Source of the DNA: Clostridia bacterium
GTDB taxonomy: Bacteria; Bacillota; Clostridia; Christensenellales; Aristaeellaceae
Assembly (NCBI GenBank): GCA_017516305.1
Contig: JAFXDB010000162.1
Span: forward strand, 1-56,118
Reading direction: 5' to 3'
Length of the DNA: 56,118 bases
Part shown: positions 1-7,000 of the stretch, piece after piece
How positions within the stretch are numbered: the stretch's first letter is position 1
Layout: the number at the start of each line of letters is the position of its first letter
The notes under the pieces: model-generated
What the model was told of the DNA's origin: nothing
What the model saw: only the letters and a program-made list of their open reading frames with translations
The model's database searches: none
Program-made: the position numbers and the translations under genes

Positions 1-795
1 ATCTCCTCCACCCCCAAGTACAACCTGCTGTACGAAGCCTTCGGCTGGGAAATTCCCCAGTACATCCACATGGCCCCCGTTATGCGCGACGCCACCCATA
101 AGCTCTCCAAGCGCGACGGCGACGCCTACTACTCCGACTATGTGGAGAAGGGCTACCTGACCGAGGCGCTGATCAACTACCTGGCCCTGGTAGGCTGGAA
201 CCCCGGCAACGACCGCGAGTTCTTCACCCTGGAGGAGCTGGTGGAGGCCTTCTCCGTCGATCGCCTGTCGAAGTCCCCCGGCATCTTCGACGTGGACAAG
301 CTGACCTGGTTCAACGCCGAGTACATCCGCAAACTGTCCCCCGAGAAGTACCTCGAATTGGCAACCCCGTGGTTCGACAAGGCGCTGGCAGGCAAGGGCA
401 TCAACTACAAACGCCTGGCGGAGCTGATGCAGACCCGCACCGAGGTGTTCAACCGCGTTCCGGATATGGTCAAGTTCCTCGGCGAGCTGCCCGAGTACGA
501 GGCCGACATGTTCACCAACAAGAAGGCCAAGACCAACCCCGAGGTGGCCAAGGCTGCTTTGACGATGCTGCGCCCCGTCATCGAGGGGATTGAGGACTGG
601 ACGGAGACCACCATCCACGACGTGCTGATGGCGAAAATCGCCGAGGCCGGCATGAAGAACGCCACCGCCCTGTGGCCCCTGCGCATCGCCATTTCCGGCC
701 AGATGTCCACCCCCGGCGGCGCCATTGAAATCGCGTGGCTCCTGGGCAAGGACGAGTGCCTCCGCCGCATTGACCTGGGCCTGGCGAAGCTGTAA
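1..795 (+). CDS. gltX: glutamate--tRNA ligase, C-terminal 264 codons (5' end outside window)
   Basis: Frame 1 is open from base 1 (ISSTPKYNLLYEAFGWEIPQYIHMAPVM...). The class I KMSKS-type loop reads KLSKRDG (about nt 100-120). The rest looks like the GltX anticodon-binding helical domain. Stop TAA 793-795. Confidence 0.9.
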   Translation: MSSTPKYNLLYEAFGWEIPQYIHMAPVMRDATHKLSKRDGDAYYSDYVEKGYLTEALINYLALVGWNPGNDREFFTLEELVEAFSVDRLSKSPGIFDVDKLTWFNAEYIRKLSPEKYLELATPWFDKALAGKGINYKRLAELMQTRTEVFNRVPDMVKFLGELPEYEADMFTNKKAKTNPEVAKAALTMLRPVIEGIEDWTETTIHDVLMAKIAEAGMKNATALWPLRIAISGQMSTPGGAIEIAWLLGKDECLRRIDLGLAKL

Positions 796-808
796 CTCCC
801 TCCGCCTT

Positions 809-858
809 CCTTCGCCCAAGGCGAAGGAATCCACCTCCCTCGGGAGGGAGGCTTTTGT
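809..858 (+). terminator. two tandem hairpins ending in a T-run, likely gltX terminator
   Basis: CCTTCGCC-caa-GGCGAAGG (809-827), then CCTCCCT-cggg-AGGGAGG (834-851) followed by CTTTTGT. Confidence 0.55.
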
Positions 859-965
859 AAACGGTTGCACCAACTCCCGGCGGAACCCTCGCAGGGGCGA
901 CCATGGGTCGCCCGCCCGCATATAGCTTGTTTATCCTTTTGCACGAGAGCAGTACTGCAACTCCC

Positions 966-1140
966 GCGTTCTCCCTCAGTCGCCTGCGGGCGACAGCTCC
1001 CTCCCGGAGGGAGCTCAGGGGATTGCCGCCGCTTAACTGCCCTCCTGTTGCATGCCCCGCATTGCAGCAAGGGAACCCGATAAGAGCTCCCTCCCCGAGG
1101 GAGCTGGCAGCGAGCTTGCTCGCTGACTGAGGGAGTCCTC
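966..1140 (+). repeat. mosaic hairpin repeat, family 1, copy A (long form)
   Basis: Terminal inverted repeats gcgttCTCCCTCAGTC ... GACTGAGGGAG. Internal hairpins GTCGCC-tgcg-GGCGAC, AGCTCCCTC..GAGGGAGCT (twice) and CAGCGAGC-ttgc-TCGCTG. Related copies at 28245-28420, 30249-30442 and 55951-56046. Confidence 0.85.
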
Positions 1141-1183
1141 CCCGAGGAAGCCGGACTGAACAATCAAAGTACAGTCACCTGCA

Positions 1184-1212
1184 TTGACAGAATAGTTATC
1201 CCGATATATAAT
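1184..1212 (+). promoter_or_regulatory. sigma-A type promoter (perfect consensus)
   Basis: TTGACA 1184-1189, 17-nt spacer, TATAAT 1207-1212, upstream of the S-component gene. Confidence 0.65.
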
Positions 1213-1214
1213 GT

Positions 1215-1253
1215 GGACGCTGTATCCGGCCATGGATGCAGCGTCCATTTTTT
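1215..1253 (+). terminator. terminator-like hairpin in the short leader of the S-component gene
   Basis: 13-bp stem GGACGCTGTATCC / GGATGCAGCGTCC (1215-1227 / 1234-1246, one G-U pair), loop GGCCAT, then ATTTTTT 1247-1253. Confidence 0.55.
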
Positions 1254-1275
1254 CCGCATGAAAGAAGGCTTTCCC

Positions 1276-1764
1276 ATGAAAACGATCTCCGTAAAGAAGC
1301 TGACCTTTACCGGCCTGATGGCCGCGCTGATCTGTGTGCTGACGATGTTCCCGCACATCCCGATCCCCGCGGGCTCCGGCTATATCCACCTGGGCGACGG
1401 CGTGATCCTCCTGGCGGTGATGCTGGTGGGCCCGCTGGCCATCCCGGCCGCCGCCATCGGCAGCATGCTGGCCGACCTGTTCTCCGGCTTTGCCCTCTAC
1501 GCCCCGGCCACCTTCGTCATCAAGGGCCTGGTAGCGCTCATCGCCTGGCTGATGTACCGCAGGGGCAGCATCGCCCGCACGGTGCTGGCCTTCATCCTGG
1601 CTGAGGCTGCCATGGTGGGCGGTTATTTTGCCTTTGAGTGGTTCGTCGCCCGGGAATACGCCGTGGTGGACATCCTCGGCAACACCATCCAGGGCGTCTC
1701 CGGCGTAGCGCTGGGCGTGGCCTTCACCTACGCCGTGCCCCAGCTGGAACGGGCGCTGAAATAA
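1276..1764 (+). CDS. ECF-transporter S component-like membrane protein (substrate unknown)
   Basis: ATG 1276 preceded by GAAAGAAGG. About 160-aa multi-pass hydrophobic protein (MKTISVKKLTFTGLMAALICVLTMFP...IHLGDGVILLAV...) typical of vitamin S-components. High GC3. Confidence 0.6.
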   Translation: MKTISVKKLTFTGLMAALICVLTMFPHIPIPAGSGYIHLGDGVILLAVMLVGPLAIPAAAIGSMLADLFSGFALYAPATFVIKGLVALIAWLMYRRGSIARTVLAFILAEAAMVGGYFAFEWFVAREYAVVDILGNTIQGVSGVALGVAFTYAVPQLERALK

Positions 1765-1779
1765 CCGCATATCCCATAC

Positions 1780-1822
1780 AAAACCGCCGTCTCCGGAGCA
1801 GTTCCGAAAACGGCGGTTTTTC
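1780..1822. terminator. bidirectional intrinsic terminator
   Basis: AAAACCGCCGT ... ACGGCGGTTTTT between the convergent genes ending at 1764 (+) and 1826 (-). Confidence 0.75.
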
Positions 1823-1825
1823 GTG

Positions 1826-2128
1826 TCATTCCATCACTTCCAGCAGAAAGCTGACAGGCCTGAAGCCGTCATTGCAGGAGATCATCGCCGAACGCGGATT
1901 CTTCATCCACCCGTCATAGAAATTCCCGCCGCCTGCGCCCAGCGCCCGCACAAAGGCGGACATGCTCTCCCAGGCGCTCATGCACAGGCCCTCGGGGCAA
2001 TTCCAGCCGTCGCTGACCCAGGAGGTTCCTGCCTGCACGTCGCAGGCATGCTCCATGGGATTTTCGTACTGCGCCATCAGGTCGGTATAGACGGTCTGGC
2101 GGACGGCGGTGATGCGGACCTTCAGCAT
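1826..2128 (-). CDS. TIGR04076-family small Cys-containing protein
   Basis: 100 aa. Recognised pattern MLKVRITAV...CPEGLCMSAWESM...GGGNFYDGWMKNPRSAMISCNDGFRPVSFLLE. Confidence 0.7.
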   Translation of the reverse strand: MLKVRITAVRQTVYTDLMAQYENPMEHACDVQAGTSWVSDGWNCPEGLCMSAWESMSAFVRALGAGGGNFYDGWMKNPRSAMISCNDGFRPVSFLLEVME

Positions 2129-2132
2129 GAAA

Positions 2133-2726
2133 TCACTCCTGTTCTTTGTGCCATGGATGGCCTTCGGGGTATCTCGCGGTCAATGCAGCCTGAAGCCACG
2201 CCCGCTGGCTGTCGTTCAGCAGAGGATACACAGCTGCGAAATCTGCCTGTGCGGATTCCGTTTGGGGCTGCGCCGCCTTGTACAGCAGCGCAACCTCCGG
2301 CGCCAGAATGGGCAGCCTCGCCTGCGTGCGGCAGACAGGCTGCATGTCCGGGCTGAACAGCAGGTCGATGAAGTTCAGCGCAGACATGCCGGGCGTAAAC
2401 CGGTGGTAGAGCAGCCCCTCCTCCTCGCAGGGGAAGAACTGCACCGGCGCATCGTCACCCCATGTGGCCATGAGATTGCGGCCCTCTTCACTGTCCTCCG
2501 GGGCGAGGATCGGCTTCACCTTCCCCATGCCCCGGTATTCGTGGATGCGCCAGCCTCTGTTCAGCAGATAGCTGATCACCGCCGCACGGGCCATTTCCGG
2601 CAGGCACACATCCAGATCCCCATGGGGCCGGATGGGCTTTCCGGCAAAAAGCTCCAGGGCATATCCACCGCAGACGGCCCACGGGAAGTCCGCTTCTGCC
2701 AACAGGTCACGCAGCTGCGCCAGCAT
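2133..2726 (-). CDS. nucleotidyltransferase-fold protein (ANT(2'')/Lnu-like family)
   Basis: Start moved to MLAQLRDLL (ATG 2724-2726), 2 nt after the upstream stop (TAA 2729-2731). Pol-beta NTase motif CGGYALELFAGKPIRPHGDLDV. Confidence 0.6.
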   Translation of the reverse strand: MLAQLRDLLAEADFPWAVCGGYALELFAGKPIRPHGDLDVCLPEMARAAVISYLLNRGWRIHEYRGMGKVKPILAPEDSEEGRNLMATWGDDAPVQFFPCEEEGLLYHRFTPGMSALNFIDLLFSPDMQPVCRTQARLPILAPEVALLYKAAQPQTESAQADFAAVYPLLNDSQRAWLQAALTARYPEGHPWHKEQE

Positions 2727-2728
2727 GC

Positions 2729-3757
2729 TTACAGCTCCTTGAGCATAGCGATGAACTGATCCACATACGCATCCGGCGTGCACCAGGAGGTGCAGACACG
2801 CAGCACCACATGCTCCTCGTCGAGGCGGCCGTTGAACTCCAGCTTGAAACCCTTCTCCTCAATGGTTTCCCACTGGTCATCGGTGAAGATGGGGAACAGC
2901 TGGTTCGTGGGGGAATCCACGTGGAATGCAATGCCCTTTTCCATCAGCGCCGTGCGGATGCGCATCGCCTGGGCGACCGCCTTTTTGCCCAGCTCGAAGT
3001 ACAGGCCGTCCTTCATCAGGGCGGAGAACTGGATGCCCAGCAGGCGGCCCTTGGCCAGCATGCCGCCCTTCTGCTTCATCATGTAGCGGAAGCGGACGTT
3101 CAGCTCCGGGTTGTTGATGACGATGGCCTCGCCAAAGAGCGCGCCCATCTTCGTGCCGCCCACGGTGAACACATCACAGTACTTGGCAATATCCGCCGGG
3201 GTCAGGTCGCCGGTGGGGGCGGCCAGGCCATAGCCCAGGCGCGCGCCGTCAATGAACAGATACAGGCCCAACTGCCTGCAGGTCAGGTACAGATCCTTCA
3301 GGCGGCTCAGGTCGTACACCGTGCCCACCTCGGTGGACATGGAGATGTACACCATGCCGGGCTTGACAGTGTGCTCGTCATCCGCCTGGGTGGCGGTGGC
3401 CACCACCACCTTGGAGGCGCTGATGCGGCCCTCCTTGTTGGGCAGCGCCAGGCACTTGTGGCCCGTGGACTCGATGGCACCGGTCTCGTGGACGTTGATG
3501 TGGCCGGTGTCGGCGCACAGCACACCCTCGTAGGGCCGCAGGGCCGCGGCGATGACGGTCATGTTGGCCTGGGTGCCGCCGACCATGAAGTGCACGGCGG
3601 AATCCGGGCAGGAGAAGGCCTGGCGGATGGCGTCGGCCGCCTCCCTGCAGTAGTCGTCGGTGCCGTAGCCGGGGGTCTGCACCAGGTTGGTCTCGTTCAG
3701 CTTTTCCAGAATGGAGGGATGGCAGCCCTCCAGATAATCGCAGTTCAGGCGGATCAT
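2729..3757 (-). CDS. ltaE: low-specificity L-threonine aldolase / beta-eliminating lyase family (PLP enzyme)
   Basis: 342 aa. N-terminus MIRLNCDYLEGCHPSILEKL..., GGTQANM and GGTK (PLP-Lys) segments typical of threonine aldolases. Confidence 0.8.
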   Translation of the reverse strand: MIRLNCDYLEGCHPSILEKLNETNLVQTPGYGTDDYCREAADAIRQAFSCPDSAVHFMVGGTQANMTVIAAALRPYEGVLCADTGHINVHETGAIESTGHKCLALPNKEGRISASKVVVATATQADDEHTVKPGMVYISMSTEVGTVYDLSRLKDLYLTCRQLGLYLFIDGARLGYGLAAPTGDLTPADIAKYCDVFTVGGTKMGALFGEAIVINNPELNVRFRYMMKQKGGMLAKGRLLGIQFSALMKDGLYFELGKKAVAQAMRIRTALMEKGIAFHVDSPTNQLFPIFTDDQWETIEEKGFKLEFNGRLDEEHVVLRVCTSWCTPDAYVDQFIAMLKEL

Positions 3758-4018
3758 GTCGTTTCAAATCCTTTCGTCCCGGATGGTGGTATGATGTCGA
3801 ACAGGTTCATTATAACGTTTTCGTAAGGCTGCGTCAACGGTTTGCATGCATCTTTGCTGTACTTCGCCGCGGTCTTCACTGCTCCCCTTCTCCGGCTCGG
3901 CAGCACAGAAAACGGAAATGCATTGTCATTCCCCGCCGGATATGATAAAATACGAGGCAGAGAACGTCGAAGAGCAAAGGAGAACACCATCCTCTTTTCA
4001 TGAAGGGAGACCTGCCAG

Positions 4019-7000
4019 ATGACCAAGCTGGAATCCGCCATCCTCAACTGGGAAAACAGCCTGCTGGACCTGGGCAAGCGCAACCGGATGATCAATTATC
4101 CCATCCGCACCGGCAGCCGCAGCAGCCAGCAGACGCTGCGCCTGGAGGAGCCGGGCTATGCCGAAATCTATGACCTGCTGGTGCGCCAGGGGAAGTCCCT
4201 GACCGTTCAGCAGCCCCCGGTGGAGAAATTCGACCTGCGGTGCGAGGCCGTGATGCGCCTGTTTGAGCGCCTGGGCAGTCCCGTGGTGCCCATGCAGGGC
4301 GTGCTGCGCCCCGCCGGCAGCTTCACCGAGTACCGTAAGGTGCTGAAGAACATGCGCTCCAAGATGAAGCTGGCCCGGGAGGAGCAGGGCATCGGCATCC
4401 TCTACCTGGCGGTGGGCTTCCTGGACTGGAAGCAGCTCACCGGCAGGATGGAGGAGCTGACCTCGCCCCTGCTGCTGGTGCCGGTGCGGCTGAAGATGAA
4501 GAGCATCCGCGCGCCCTATGTGCTGGAGATGCTGGACGAGGACGTGGTGGTGAACCCGGCGCTGAACCAGCTGTTCCAGATGGAATACGGCCTGAGCCTG
4601 CCGGAGCTGACGGACGAAAACGCCCCGGTGGACGAGTTCCTGGCCCGCGTGGAGGAGCTTGCCCGCGGGCATTCCTGGGCCGTTCGCCGCGAATGCCACC
4701 TGGCGCTGATGTCCTTCCAGAAGATCAGCATGTACCATGACCTCAAGCGCAGCCACGACCGCATCGGCCAGAGCGCGGTGCTGCGCGCCATCGCGGGCGA
4801 GGATGCCTACCCCATGGACGCCTCCGTCATGGACGGCGTGTCCCTGGACAAGATCCGCCCCGAGGACAGCCACCTGGTGGTGAACGCCGACAGCAGCCAG
4901 CATTACGCCGTGGAGCTTTCCCGCCGGGGCGTCAGCTTCTGCCTGCAGGGCCCTCCCGGCGGCGGCAAGTCCCAGACCATCACCAACATCATCGCCCAGG
5001 CCCTGGCCGACGGCAAGAAGGTGCTCTTTGTCGCCGAAAAGATGGCCGCCCTGGACGTGGTGCACCGCCGCCTGCAGAAGGCGGGGCTGGGGGAATTCAC
5101 CCTGGCGCTGCATTCCCACCGCGCCAACCGCAAGGCCATCCTGGCCGAGATCGGCCGCCCGCTGCAGCTGGAAAAACAGACGTTGGATCACCATGCCCTG
5201 TCCACCCTGGACGCGCTGGAGGATCTGCGCGCCAGGCTCAACGTGTACCCCGCGCTCCTGCACCGCGTGCGCGAGCCCTTCGGGGACAGCCTGTACACCG
5301 TCCTGGGAGAGCTGGCAGAGCTGCAGGCGCTGCCGCTGGTTCATGCGCCCCTTTCCGGGGTGGAGGACGTCAGCCGCAGCGCCCTGACCGCCGAGCTGAC
5401 CCGCCTGGGCAGCCTGTCCCGCGCCCACGCCCGTTATCTGTCCCTGGAAAGCAACCCGTATGAGGGTCTGCAGGGCAAGTGGACAACCTTCATGGCCCGC
5501 ACCCAGCTTCAAAACGAAACGAAGGCCGTCCTGGAGGACACCCGCAGGCTGCAGCCCGATATCGCCCGCCTCCGGGACGAGGGCCTCCTGCCCGCCTCCG
5601 GCGAGCTGACCGCCCTGGCCGCCCTGACCCGGATCTGCGCCCTTGTGCGCCGCCAGGGCCCCGTCTCCGCCGCCTGGTATGACCATGCAGGCCGTATCGC
5701 CGCCCTGGCCGGGGAGGCACTGGAGGCCGCTGCCGCCGCAGAAAACGCCCGCCAGGAGGCCGCGCAGGTGCTGCTCCCCGGCGTCAAGCTGGATGCAAAC
5801 GCCTTCCTGACCCGCTTCTGCGCCCTGGAAAGCGATCTGCAGGCCGTGCTGACCGGCACTGACTGGCAGCTGCGCACCGACGCTTACGCCACCCATTATG
5901 AGCAGCTGGCAGCCTATATCCCCCGCCTGAACGAGGCCGCCGAGCGCGCCCTGACCCTGCTGGGCTGCACCGGGCGCACCGGTCGCGAGGCGGACTGGGC
6001 CATGGATGTGCTGGCTGCCCTCGTCGCCGCGCCCCATATCGAAACCCTGCCCGATGCAGAAGAAACCCGCGCCCAGCTGGCGCAGATACAGTCCCTGCAG
6101 GAGCAGGCCGCCCGCCTGAACGAGCAGGCCGCCGCCGTCCTGGGCTCCTCCTGGAAGGATTCCGCCCTGGCCGTGGACGCCGCCGCCATGCTGCACCGCA
6201 TGACGCCCGATCCCTCCTTCTTTGCCGGGCTGCGCAACCTCGCCTCCGTCTACAAGGAGCTGCAGACCCTGGCCCCGCATTACAACGGCGTCGGTCACCC
6301 GACGGAAAAGATCGCTCTGCCCTTCCTGAACAGACTGGCCGCCTGGCAGGACGCGTACCACGCCTGGGCCCGTCCGGCTTACAGCCTGGCCCTGGAGCTG
6401 AACCTCCCCTTCCGCGGGCTGGAAACCGACTGGTCGGACGTCCAGCAGCATCTGACCTCCCTTTCCGCCCTGGCAGAGCTGGCCCGCGACCCCGGACACC
6501 GCACGCTCATCCTGAACGCCCTGCAGCGCGCCGATATCCGCCAGCAGGCCGCCGCCATCCCCAATTTCAGCCGTTACGCCGCCTTTGACAACTCCCTGCG
6601 CGGCGCCGCCTTTGCCGGTGACGCCCTGGCGGACGACATCGGCCACACCCTGCGCGCCATCCTCTCCGCCGCCGAGGATCTGGCTGCCCTGCGCGCTGCG
6701 CTGGACGCCCTGCGCCCCGCCTGCGTCCCCGGCGCGACCATGCCCGCGATCCTCTCCGCCCTGCGCGCCGCCGATACCGCCGCCCGCAGCCAGACCCTTG
6801 TGGAGGACGCCCTGCGCCAGCTCAGCGCCCTGCTGCCGGAGGAGAACGTATCCGCCCAGGCGTATTTTGCCGCCATGCAGACCCGCGCCGACGCCCTTTC
6901 AGCGGCTGAGGAAGCCGGGAAGGCCCTGCCCGCCGGGCTCGTGCGCCGCCTGCTGACGGGCTGTCAGCCCCTGCCGCAGCTTCCGGCGCTGCCCGACCTG

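Noticed and set aside
1213-1275. Known riboswitch (preQ1-I, TPP, THF) upstream of the S-component gene, and the ATG at 1213 as gene start
   Set aside because: The leader is too short and lacks the conserved aptamer sequences I know. ATG 1213 lies 1 nt after the -10 box, ahead of any likely transcription start, and would translate through the hairpin. ATG 1276 gives the conserved MKTISVKK N-terminus.
3754-4095. 113-aa minus-strand ORF in the ltaE-helicase spacer
   Set aside because: No SD. It overlaps both the ltaE start and the helicase start, has atypical composition, and the region is better explained as a divergent promoter region.
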